A stretch of DNA of 56,020 nt from Thermoplasmata archaeon. Lineage in GTDB: Archaea > Thermoplasmatota > Thermoplasmata > Thermoplasmatales > ARK-15. The stretch lies in NCBI GenBank assembly GCA_049967255.1, contig JBMFTB010000003.1, positions 1-56,020 on the forward strand. The letters are read 5' to 3'. The notes below the pieces were generated by a model. That model ran no database searches and was not told the DNA's origin. It saw only the letters and a program-made list of their open reading frames with translations. Position numbers and translations under genes: made by a program. This document shows positions 48,096 to 56,020 of this stretch, in pieces (positions within the stretch are counted from its first letter, which is position 1; each line of letters begins with the position of its first letter).

Positions 48096-49169
48096 TTAAA
48101 CCACCTTAATAAGCATTGATTTTATTCTATCCTCTGATAACCTATACTGCTTACCGTATGAAATCTTTCTTATATTTTCCCTTTCAGTTTCAAACATTAA
48201 AAGCAGCCCGATCACGGAAGCAAGTCCAGGTGATGCAATCCTAAAGGATGAAATGTTTCTGTTTACTATGTAATTTTCAAGCTGTATTTCAAACTCTTTT
48301 AAATCTTTTGATTCATTGTATTTTTCAAGTGCCTTGCTCAGATCATATATGTCCTTTATTTTTTCTACAATATCACCTATGCTTGATGCATGGACAAGAT
48401 CATCGAGCCTCTGCCCTTTCAAATTACCACCATCGATCATGTACTTCTTCAATTCTGGAGCCTGTATGCCCATATCCATACCTCTTATAAGAGTCATAAT
48501 ATTTTTTGAATCTATCTGGCTAGAAATCAAATGAAGCACAGGAATTTCATTACCTTGAAAGAGTTTTATTTTTTCAAGAAGGTTCCTGAAGTAAAATAGA
48601 TCAAGTGAAAGAAGCATTTCACCTGGATCACCACTCTTTTTAAAACTTTCAACATTTTCCATCAATACCCTTCCATATGGAAATTTTAAAAGATACTTTA
48701 TTATTGAATCTATATCCTGTTCCTCTATCATTATTTTGAAATCCTCTGAAGTCATTTGGCCAGCAACTATGCCCGCGGGTAGATCTCTTTCACTCAGTAG
48801 AAACATTTCAGTCTCGCTTATTTTCCTTCCGAGTAACTTCGATGAAATTATGATTTTTATGTTAGCAATGTCCCATTTTGAAATATAGCTTCTTAAGGCA
48901 TCCAGACCTATCCTGGGTGTAATGTTCAACGCAATTTTTGAAATTCTTACAAGGTTAGAATTTACGCTCATCTCTATAAGATCCACACCCGAATATTTTG
49001 TTGAATAATAGGAAATGTATTCTTTGTAAGGTGTTTCCATTAATAGACTTACAAGTTGCTGTACATCAGGTGTGGATATGAGCTGATCTATTAACGATTG
49101 ATTTAACAAACTTGACTCAATGGCCTTAGCCCTCGCATAAGCATAAGCATAGGAGATAAACCCTTGCAA
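48096..49169 (-). CDS. atpC: A-type ATP synthase subunit C
   Basis: YAYARAKA..S.LL, WDIANIK, E.ENIRKI..G; TTG start. Confidence 0.9.
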   Translation of the reverse strand: MQGFISYAYAYARAKAIESSLLNQSLIDQLISTPDVQQLVSLLMETPYKEYISYYSTKYSGVDLIEMSVNSNLVRISKIALNITPRIGLDALRSYISKWDIANIKIIISSKLLGRKISETEMFLLSERDLPAGIVAGQMTSEDFKIMIEEQDIDSIIKYLLKFPYGRVLMENVESFKKSGDPGEMLLSLDLFYFRNLLEKIKLFQGNEIPVLHLISSQIDSKNIMTLIRGMDMGIQAPELKKYMIDGGNLKGQRLDDLVHASSIGDIVEKIKDIYDLSKALEKYNESKDLKEFEIQLENYIVNRNISSFRIASPGLASVIGLLLMFETERENIRKISYGKQYRLSEDRIKSMLIKVV

Positions 49170-49170
49170 T

Positions 49171-49749
49171 TTATAGCTCCTCCTTAATCTTTTGATATAT
49201 CTTTTCCTTTAACTCTATTGATTTTTCCTCAATGAGATTTTTTATTGATCGATCTGAAATAATTTTACCGTCCTTGGTTGAAATTATTACACCACCAAGA
49301 TCATCAAGCATCCTGTTTATGCTTACATTTTTTAATGAATGTATCAAACCCTTGTCCAGTTCTGATATTTGAATTATTGCATTATCGTTATCTATGTTCA
49401 ATTCCTTAAGACCTTTTTCTATTGAATTCATGAGATAATTCCTATAAACTTCTGTTTTCCTGAAATACTTGATTGAATCCTTTACTTTGTTAACATAATC
49501 GTTAATGATTTTATCCAATGAATCCATATACTCGCGCTTGAGTTCAACGTTTATTGATGATATCTTTCTCATTTTTTCAAGTTCAAGTTCCCTGATGAAT
49601 TTTTCCCTTCCATCTTCAACAATCTTTTTAGCTCTTGCCTCTGCATCAACAAGTATCTTTGAAATTTGATCTTCCGTAGTTTTTCTTATTGATTCTAGCT
49701 CTAAATTGCCCTTATCGTATATGCCCTTGATCACATCATCTATTGCCAT
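49171..49749 (-). CDS. atpE: A-type ATP synthase subunit E
   Basis: Stalk coiled coil, GGVIIST.DG.I..D.S motif. Confidence 0.85.
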   Translation of the reverse strand: MAIDDVIKGIYDKGNLELESIRKTTEDQISKILVDAEARAKKIVEDGREKFIRELELEKMRKISSINVELKREYMDSLDKIINDYVNKVKDSIKYFRKTEVYRNYLMNSIEKGLKELNIDNDNAIIQISELDKGLIHSLKNVSINRMLDDLGGVIISTKDGKIISDRSIKNLIEEKSIELKEKIYQKIKEEL

Positions 49750-49753
49750 TTTT

Positions 49754-49984
49754 TCAACCGAGAATGTGCATCAGTATGATTAAGCCAAATACAAAACCAA
49801 ATATGAACAGGGTCTCTGGTATAACTAGGAAAAAAAGAACCTGACCCATTTTTTCTGGCTTTTCAGCAACGACACCCATACCTGCTGCACCAATACCCTG
49901 TTGAGCAAGTCCAGTACCAATAAGGCCTCCGGCCATGGATACTGCTGCTGCAAGAGCGTATATAGCAGTTGCAGTAGTTAACAT
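49754..49984 (-). CDS. atpK: A-type ATP synthase proteolipid subunit K (c), single hairpin
   Basis: GLAQQGIGAAG, IPETLFIFG carboxylate helix; GGAGGT SD. Confidence 0.93.
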   Translation of the reverse strand: MLTTATAIYALAAAVSMAGGLIGTGLAQQGIGAAGMGVVAEKPEKMGQVLFFLVIPETLFIFGFVFGLIILMHILG

Positions 49985-50082
49985 TTATTTACCTCCTTGA
50001 GGTGAAATTACAAAACTGCATATAAAACTTTTTAAAATTTTCTAGAAAAATTTTTTAATCAATTTTAAATGTAAAGGAGAAA

Positions 50083-50718
50083 ATGAATTTAGAAAAAATA
50101 AAAAAAATTGAAATAAACTTTAAAACTTATGTCTTGTACGGTACAGTAAGGGGTTATGCTGCTGAAGAAAATGATATTGATGAAATTTTAAAAAACAATA
50201 ATTTTGATCTCATAATGCTTGGCATTTCACCAGAAGACCTTGAAGGTTTAAAAATTTACATAGAAAAACCATTTGAAGTTGATTTATCCGATTATGAAAT
50301 CATATACGGTTTAAAATTACAGGAATTTGGAAAAGTAAAAATGCCCGTACCATCTTTTACAAAGGTAGTTAAACTTGCAAAAGAGAAAAATATAGAAATT
50401 TTAGCAATTGATATGAATGAAAATGAATATGCGCAAGCGTATACAAAAAATGTAAAATTTATGGATCTTATCAGGTACACTTTCAGGAAGAAAAGGATAA
50501 TGAAAAAGGATTTCAAGGCCGGCTCGCCAGAAGAATTTGTTTTAAAATGGGATTTAGAAATAAATAGATTAAAGGGTTATGCTAGATTAGAAAATGAAAG
50601 AGAATTGTACATAGCCAACAAAATTAAAAATAATGTGCAAGGAAATAACATTTTTGTAATAGTAGATTTTGAAAGGATGAAAGGTATAATAAAAAATGTA
50701 CAGAGTGATGGAAATTGA
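50083..50718 (+). CDS. Hypothetical protein, distant TraB/GumN-superfamily-like
   Basis: Pattern LYGTVRG...DLIMLG, ERELYIA..I, IFVIVD parallels TraB motifs with substitutions. Confidence 0.5.
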   Translation: MNLEKIKKIEINFKTYVLYGTVRGYAAEENDIDEILKNNNFDLIMLGISPEDLEGLKIYIEKPFEVDLSDYEIIYGLKLQEFGKVKMPVPSFTKVVKLAKEKNIEILAIDMNENEYAQAYTKNVKFMDLIRYTFRKKRIMKKDFKAGSPEEFVLKWDLEINRLKGYARLENERELYIANKIKNNVQGNNIFVIVDFERMKGIIKNVQSDGN

Positions 50719-51584
50719 AAATAAGAACAGTGATTGGCAATGGAGTCAGCATTATAGCTTCTATAATATTAGGTTTATTTCTTCTTTTTATTCTAAAAAT
50801 GCTTGAACATTTAAATATTATTCCTGAAGTGTATGATGAGGCAATAACCGTTTTAATTGCCATATTTATCACATACCTTGTTACAAAATTTTTTGGTAAT
50901 ATATTATATGTTTATGCAATACAGAAGTTCAATGAAAAAAATGCTAAGAATTTCAGGACGACATTTCAGATAATATTCTTCACGATAATTTCAGCAATAA
51001 TAATATTTACCATTGGCACAAATATAACTGTAGGTCTCATTAGTGCAGGTTTTGCAAGCATAATTTTGGGTATTGCAGCACAATCTGTCCTGAGCAATTT
51101 TTTTGCAGGTTTTTATCTTATATTTGCAAAACCCTTTAACATAGGTGAAAGGGTAACGGTAAATAATTCACAGTTCAGCAGTTTTTCATCCACATATCCC
51201 CATGAATTTCAGATCCCAGAATTCACAGGTATTGTTGAAGAAATTGGTTTTTTGTACACAAAAATGATCAATGATGAAAACATTTTAGTTACAATTCCAA
51301 ACTCAACAATAATAAATGCTATGGTTTACAATTACTCAAAAAATGAAAAGAGGATTGTAAAGGTACGTTTTGATATCCCTGCAGCTATAAATTTAAATAA
51401 TTTTAAGAAAAAATTTCTTGATACTTTCAGTGACAAGGAAATAAAGATTCTGGATATAAAAATTTTAGATTTGTTCATAGATCACTATAATCTTGCTGTT
51501 ATAACAGAGGTATCTAATTTAAAAATCGATGATGTTAAAGACAGAATTTTGTCTCATGTTACAAATTTAACTAAAAATAATTAG
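50715..51584 (+). CDS. mscS: Small-conductance mechanosensitive channel (MscS family)
   Basis: LGIAAQSVLSNFFAG, PFNIGERV, G.VEEIG..YT, IPNS. Confidence 0.9.
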   Translation: MKIRTVIGNGVSIIASIILGLFLLFILKMLEHLNIIPEVYDEAITVLIAIFITYLVTKFFGNILYVYAIQKFNEKNAKNFRTTFQIIFFTIISAIIIFTIGTNITVGLISAGFASIILGIAAQSVLSNFFAGFYLIFAKPFNIGERVTVNNSQFSSFSSTYPHEFQIPEFTGIVEEIGFLYTKMINDENILVTIPNSTIINAMVYNYSKNEKRIVKVRFDIPAAINLNNFKKKFLDTFSDKEIKILDIKILDLFIDHYNLAVITEVSNLKIDDVKDRILSHVTNLTKNN

Positions 51585-51661
51585 GCTTTATGATTAAAAT
51601 TAAATTTTATCAGAAAAATTTTTATTTAGAAAAAACCTTACCTTAGTAGGTGATTAAAAGT

Positions 51662-52039
51662 ATGCCAGCATTTTTCAGGAAAAAGCCCATTAAACCATTG
51701 GACAAACCTTCGGGTGGTGCTGAACCAAGGAAATATCTTGACCTTAATGAATATGAACCGAGCATAGAGCTAGGTTCTACGGGACCTGTTGTCAGGGTAG
51801 GGGAAATTTTCAGGTATGAGGAGCTTAAGGATTTGACTGAATATGTATACAACGGGGATATTCTTATTCTTGACTACACTGCAATTGCTGAAGATGAACT
51901 TTCCTTGAGGAGAATAATAAATGAACTTAAAAGTGTAGCAAAGGATGTAGATGGGGACGTTGTTGCCATTGGCAAGAATTATCTTTTCGTTACACCCGCC
52001 GGTATTAAGATTGATAGAAATAAGATAAGGGCAAAGTAA
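51662..52039 (+). CDS. sepF: Archaeal SepF cell-division protein
   Basis: Y.DL.EY, Y.GDILILD, L......DGD...IG..Y...TP..I.I; GGTGA SD. Confidence 0.85.
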   Translation: MPAFFRKKPIKPLDKPSGGAEPRKYLDLNEYEPSIELGSTGPVVRVGEIFRYEELKDLTEYVYNGDILILDYTAIAEDELSLRRIINELKSVAKDVDGDVVAIGKNYLFVTPAGIKIDRNKIRAK

Positions 52040-52044
52040 TCATT

Positions 52045-52563
52045 ATGACAGGTGTAAAATTCGTTGGGAGTGGAGGTCAGGGCGTAATACTGGCAGGTTT
52101 AATATTAGGGAAAGCAGCTGCAATATATGAGGGAAAGGAAGCAGTTTATACAGAGAGTTATGGTGCAGAAACAAGGGGCGGTTTTTCAAGTTCTTCACTA
52201 GTAATATCTAATGAAAAAATTGATTACCCATATGTTATTGATGCGGATGTAATTGTTGCTTTTTCTCAGAAGGGTTATGATTCAGCGTACAATACACTAA
52301 AAAAAGATGGTATCCTTATTTACGAGAGTGATCTAGTCTCGCCTGCAAAGGCAGAAAAGATGTACGGAATACCTGCTACAAGGCTTGTAAAGGAAAAATT
52401 CAATAAAACTACATCTGTGAATATGGCAATGCTTGGGTATCTGGTAAAAATAACAAACATTGTTTCAAAACAATCAGTTTTGAAAGCAGTGGCAGAATCC
52501 GTGCCCAAGGGCACCGAAAAAGAAAATATGGATGCTGTTGAACTCGGATATAATTATAGCTAA
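52045..52563 (+). CDS. 2-oxoacid:ferredoxin oxidoreductase gamma subunit
   Basis: GSGGQGV..AG, SYGAETRGG.S, NM.MLG. Confidence 0.9.
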   Translation: MTGVKFVGSGGQGVILAGLILGKAAAIYEGKEAVYTESYGAETRGGFSSSSLVISNEKIDYPYVIDADVIVAFSQKGYDSAYNTLKKDGILIYESDLVSPAKAEKMYGIPATRLVKEKFNKTTSVNMAMLGYLVKITNIVSKQSVLKAVAESVPKGTEKENMDAVELGYNYS

Positions 52564-52592
52564 ATTTTTTATTCAACATTTTATTACTCTAT

Positions 52593-52659
52593 TGAATGTG
52601 ATGAAAAGAGGGTCAACTGAGCATTATTTGCTGTGATGATCCCTATGAGTCCTGATTCA
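52593..52659 (+). ncRNA. Box C/D guide sRNA; D guide predicted to direct Cm34 of elongator pre-tRNA-Met(CAU)
   Basis: C box GTGATGA 52598-52604; 12-nt guide AAAGAGGGTCAA; D' CTGA 52617-52620; 12-nt spacer; C' GTGATGA 52633-52639; 12-nt guide TCCCTATGAGTC; D CTGA 52652-52655; terminal stem TGAA/TTCA. Confidence 0.88.
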
Positions 52660-53838
52660 CCTGAACATGTGCTCAGGAACCTCTGTAGTTCCCTTCGTTG
52701 ATTTTGTTATTTTTTCTATTGCTTTTATGAAATCCTGAAGAATTACATAATCCCTATTTTCCCTGATTGCATTCATACCAGATTCTGTGCATATTGCTTT
52801 TATATCCGCACCTGACATACCCTGCGTCAATTTTGAAAGATATTTTAGATCAACATTTGAAATGTTCATTCTTCTCGTGTGAATGAAGAATATCTTTTCC
52901 CTCGCTTCCTCATTTGGCATGGGTATCTCTATTATCCTGTCAAACCTTCCCGGTCTTACAAGGGCTTCATCAAGTATATCGGGTCTGTTAGTTGCTGCAA
53001 TAATCTTTACATTTCCAAGCGGGTCAAATCCATCCATCTCCGCAAGCAACTGCATGAGCGTCCTCTGGACTTCCCTGTCACCTGATGTTGAAAGGTCAAG
53101 CCTTCTAGATCCTATTGCATCAATTTCATCTATAAAAAGAATTGAAGGTGATTTTTCCCTAGCTAGATCAAACAGTTCTCTTACAAGTCTTGCGCCTTCA
53201 CCTATGTATTTTCTAACAAGTTCAGAACCTACAGTTCTAATAAATGTAGCATTCGTGTTATGCGCTACAGCTTTTGCAAGCAATGTTTTTCCTGTACCGG
53301 GTGGTCCAACAAGCAAAACGCCCTTGGGTGGTTCTATTCCTACTTTTTTAAAAAGGTCAGGATTAAGCAATGGTAATTCAACAGTTTCCTTAACATCCCT
53401 TATCTGTTCTTCAAGTCCACCAATATCATCATATGTAATATCGGGTTTTGTAACTATTTCTGCTGCAACAATAGATGGATCATAACTTTCAGGTAAAACG
53501 CCTATAATTGAAAGTGTTGTCTTGTTTAAAGCTACCCTTGCACCTGCCTTTAATTTATCCCCCGGAATATGCTCAGAAACATTAACAACAAAAGAAGGGC
53601 CTGTAGAACTTCTAACAACAATTTTTTTATCATTTAAAACATCCTCAATATAACCAAGTAATAATGGAGGTGCCCTGAGCCTATTGAGTTCCTTTTTAAG
53701 CTGATCATTTTCATACTGCATCCTTTTTAATTCAGATTCTAAAAATTTTTTTTCGCTTTCAAGGATGCGCATTTGTTTAAGGTACTCATCCCTTTCTAGA
53801 TCGTAGGATATGCCAGATTCAACATCATCCTTTGCCAT
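52657..53838 (-). CDS. pan: Proteasome-activating nucleotidase
   Basis: N-terminal coiled coil + [35 protein letters not shown]-terminal HMFR tail. Confidence 0.95.
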   Translation of the reverse strand: MAKDDVESGISYDLERDEYLKQMRILESEKKFLESELKRMQYENDQLKKELNRLRAPPLLLGYIEDVLNDKKIVVRSSTGPSFVVNVSEHIPGDKLKAGARVALNKTTLSIIGVLPESYDPSIVAAEIVTKPDITYDDIGGLEEQIRDVKETVELPLLNPDLFKKVGIEPPKGVLLVGPPGTGKTLLAKAVAHNTNATFIRTVGSELVRKYIGEGARLVRELFDLAREKSPSILFIDEIDAIGSRRLDLSTSGDREVQRTLMQLLAEMDGFDPLGNVKIIAATNRPDILDEALVRPGRFDRIIEIPMPNEEAREKIFFIHTRRMNISNVDLKYLSKLTQGMSGADIKAICTESGMNAIRENRDYVILQDFIKAIEKITKSTKGTTEVPEHMFR

Positions 53839-53991
53839 TAACTCACCTTTTAATCTTTATCTGGTTCTCATATATTTATTTTTTCTTTAAAAAATAGACA
53901 TTTATTATTTTATTATAAAGTTAAAATAGAAATATGTAATGGAAAAATATATATAATGATGCTTTTCTTCTGCATTGTCCCGGTGGTGAAA

Positions 53992-54477
53992 ATGATTTGT
54001 GAGGTATGTGGTAAAAATGTACCCAGGCTGAGGAAAGTTTTGATTGAGGGTGCAATCATGAATGTTTGTGATGAGTGTGCGAAGCTCGGCACACCCATAG
54101 AAAAGCCTAATGTAAAAGTGCAGAGATCCCCAATGCCACAAAATATACATACACATCATGTTGAGGAAAAACACCAGAAAAAGAAGGATGATATGCTTGA
54201 TGAGGAAATGGTCCTTGTCGATGATTATGGTGAAAGGGTCAGGAAAGCGAGGGATGCTATGAACCTTTCACTTGAAGATGCGGCTAAAAAAATGCTTGAA
54301 AAAAAGAATGTTCTTTCAAAGATTGAAAGAGGTGAAATGAAACCCGACAGGGAATTGATAAAGAAATTAGAAAGGTTTTATAACATAAAGCTTATGGAAA
54401 AGGTCACAGCTATTCCAGGAGAACAAAAAACAGTTAAAAACACATTAACACTGGGTGATTTAATAAAAAAAGAATGA
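53992..54477 (+). CDS. mbf1: Archaeal multiprotein bridging factor 1 (Zn ribbon + HTH)
   Basis: CEVCG..VC.EC, LV.DYG..VR.AR, TLGD; GGTGA SD favours start 53992. Confidence 0.92.
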   Translation: MICEVCGKNVPRLRKVLIEGAIMNVCDECAKLGTPIEKPNVKVQRSPMPQNIHTHHVEEKHQKKKDDMLDEEMVLVDDYGERVRKARDAMNLSLEDAAKKMLEKKNVLSKIERGEMKPDRELIKKLERFYNIKLMEKVTAIPGEQKTVKNTLTLGDLIKKE

Positions 54478-54482
54478 TATTT

Positions 54483-55076
54483 TCATTCTATTAATCTTGC
54501 CCTAATTAAAGATCTCAATGGAACACCTTCAACTTCATTCCTATCTGTTTTGTTAACTATTGTTAATGCCAGAACGGGTTTTCCTCCCATGCTCTTTATG
54601 TCTTTTATTGCTTTTGTCATTGTCTCGCCTGTGCTTATTACATCATCAACTATTACAATTTCCTTCTCTGCTACGGATGCAAAGTTTGAGCTGAATGTTC
54701 CCTCTTTGTTAGTAGGCTGTGGTCTGTAAACAATAAGTTCAGAATCAAGCTGTTCTGCAATGAATGATGCAAGAGGTATACCATTTATCGCGATACCAAC
54801 TATGGAATCGGGTTGAAAATCTCTTTTGTTCATTTCTTCAATGATAATATCTGCAAATATTTCAGCTAATTTTGATATCCTATAAGGATAAATGCCAATT
54901 GATCTCCACCCTACCTTTACATCACGTGGAGCTGATACTTTTTTTTCAAAACCCTTTGAAAGCAACCATTGAACAGTTTGTGTAGAAAGGTGTAATTCAG
55001 TTGCAATTTCCTTTTCCGGTATACCTTTATTTTTTAGTTCAAGAGCCTGTTTAGCAAGCTCATCTATGTTTTTCAT
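54483..55076 (-). CDS. gfcR: HTH + phosphoribosyltransferase-fold protein (GfcR / PyrE-like regulator)
   Basis: IATELHLS..TV.WLL HTH; VGIA.NGIPLA; IVDDVISTGET PRPP loop. Confidence 0.8.
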   Translation of the reverse strand: MKNIDELAKQALELKNKGIPEKEIATELHLSTQTVQWLLSKGFEKKVSAPRDVKVGWRSIGIYPYRISKLAEIFADIIIEEMNKRDFQPDSIVGIAINGIPLASFIAEQLDSELIVYRPQPTNKEGTFSSNFASVAEKEIVIVDDVISTGETMTKAIKDIKSMGGKPVLALTIVNKTDRNEVEGVPLRSLIRARLIE

Positions 55077-55122
55077 TTATACCACCTGCATGTTCTATAT
55101 TTTTTTCACTTAAATTAATATT

Positions 55123-55138
55123 TTGGTCTTCAGACCAA
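55123..55138. promoter_or_regulatory. Palindrome TTGGTCT-TC-AGACCAA, candidate operator
   Basis: 7-bp perfect arms just upstream of the AT-rich promoter of the gfcR-like gene. Confidence 0.35.
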
Positions 55139-55374
55139 TTTTTTATTAAAGTGAATTCAAGTTCTTGATTAGAAGTAAACCAAGACCGCTTCAGCATTGA
55201 GATGAATGTACTTCCTTAATGATAAATTAAAAAAGGGAACCGTACCAAAGTGAAATTTTATTTAAATTAGAAATTGAGAGTACCATCATAAAAGCACTTC
55301 AGTAATTTTTGCTATGTTTCATTATTAAAAAAGTAAACTATTTAAACCAATTTTATTATAACTTAATGAGCTAA

Positions 55375-55806
55375 ATGAAAGAAGTTGAGTATTTAAGGAG
55401 TATATTAAAAAAATTAATGCTCTATCTAGGCCTTGACGAGGCATCAAGCACCATTTATTCTACTCTTGCCGTCTCAGAAAAGCCATTAACAATAAAAGAA
55501 ATTATTGATAGGACAAATTACTCCATAGCAAGGATTTATGCATCACTTGGTATACTTATAAAAGAGGATCTGGTTGAAAAGCTGAGGGAAAATGGTTCTG
55601 TTAAATTTGTTGCAAATATTAATTTTATAAATGTTTTCGAGAATAGGAGGAAGGAAATAATGGAGAATTTCCTAAAGCCTTTAATAAATTTTAAGTATTC
55701 TGAAAAGACTGAACCAATAGATGAAATACTCCGGTATGCAAAAAAAATTTATGAATATTTTCAGTCAGTGAATGAGAAAAGTGAGGAATTAAAGAAGGGC
55801 CGGTAG
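55375..55806 (+). CDS. TrmB/GbsR-like winged-helix transcriptional regulator
   Basis: LGL....S.IYSTL.....PLT..EI...T.YS.ARIYASL..L....LV. Confidence 0.8.
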   Translation: MKEVEYLRSILKKLMLYLGLDEASSTIYSTLAVSEKPLTIKEIIDRTNYSIARIYASLGILIKEDLVEKLRENGSVKFVANINFINVFENRRKEIMENFLKPLINFKYSEKTEPIDEILRYAKKIYEYFQSVNEKSEELKKGR

Positions 55807-55869
55807 ATCAGTTGGTAGATCGTTTGCTTCGCAAGCAAAAGGCCCCGGGTTCAAATCCCGGCCGGTCCA
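55797..55869 (+). tRNA. tRNA-Ala(CGC), 73 nt, no intron, no encoded CCA
   Basis: Acceptor GGGCCGG/CCGGTCC with G3:U70, D stem GATC/GATC, anticodon loop TTCGCAA, T loop TTCAAAT, discriminator A. Confidence 0.95.
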
Positions 55870-56020
55870 TTGTGAATTCCAATTTTCTCATATTCTCTCC
55901 ACAACTTTTCCTTACGCCTGCTGCTTACATATCTTCTTGATTTCTGATATACGAGCATAGAAAGGTGTCATCAGATTTGATTATTTTTCATTTGTTACCG
56001 CGACCCACATGTTTTCAGGA

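Noticed and set aside
49991-50003. Hairpin ACCTC-AAG-GAGGT that could occlude the atpK Shine-Dalgarno
   Set aside because: Only 5 bp, and the anti-SD arm lies at or upstream of the TSS predicted from the TATA at about 50020-50027
55141-55320. Second box C/D RNA in the gfcR-trmB spacer
   Set aside because: Only partial boxes (ATGATGG, isolated CTGA) without correct spacing on either strand
1-56020. CRISPR arrays, rRNA genes, defence or viral genes
   Set aside because: No regularly spaced direct repeats, rRNA-like GC-rich blocks or recognisable cas, capsid or restriction genes seen

Overview
AT-rich, gene-dense archaeal chromosome segment. It is most consistent with a Thermoplasmata lineage (inference from the gene set: rpoK/rpoL, uS15-DHH, A-type ATP synthase in K-E-C-F-A-B-D-H-I order, SepF, GfcR-like, MBF1). 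It encodes PAN, which argues for an Aciduliprofundum-like or other non-Thermoplasma lineage. Content is mostly housekeeping: phosphate-transport genes, icd, a full sufCBDSU operon, two tandem KaiC-like ATPases, purine genes, IMPase/NAD kinase, glyS, smc-scpA, a DtxR/NRAMP/VIT1 metal cluster, the atp operon, pan, tRNA-Arg(CCT) and tRNA-Ala(CGC). The most notable items are not in the ORF track. (1) A textbook box C/D guide RNA at about 52593-52659 whose D guide predicts Cm34 on intron-containing pre-tRNA-Met. (2) The right end/omegaRNA of an IS200/IS605 (TnpB-type) element at 1-91. (3) Two unannotated micro-ORFs, one inside the ATP synthase operon. (4) Candidate operator palindromes. Among annotated ORFs, a Pho84-like MFS transporter fused to a DUF47 (PhoU-like) domain stands out. 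All family calls come from motif recognition by eye; no database searches were run.
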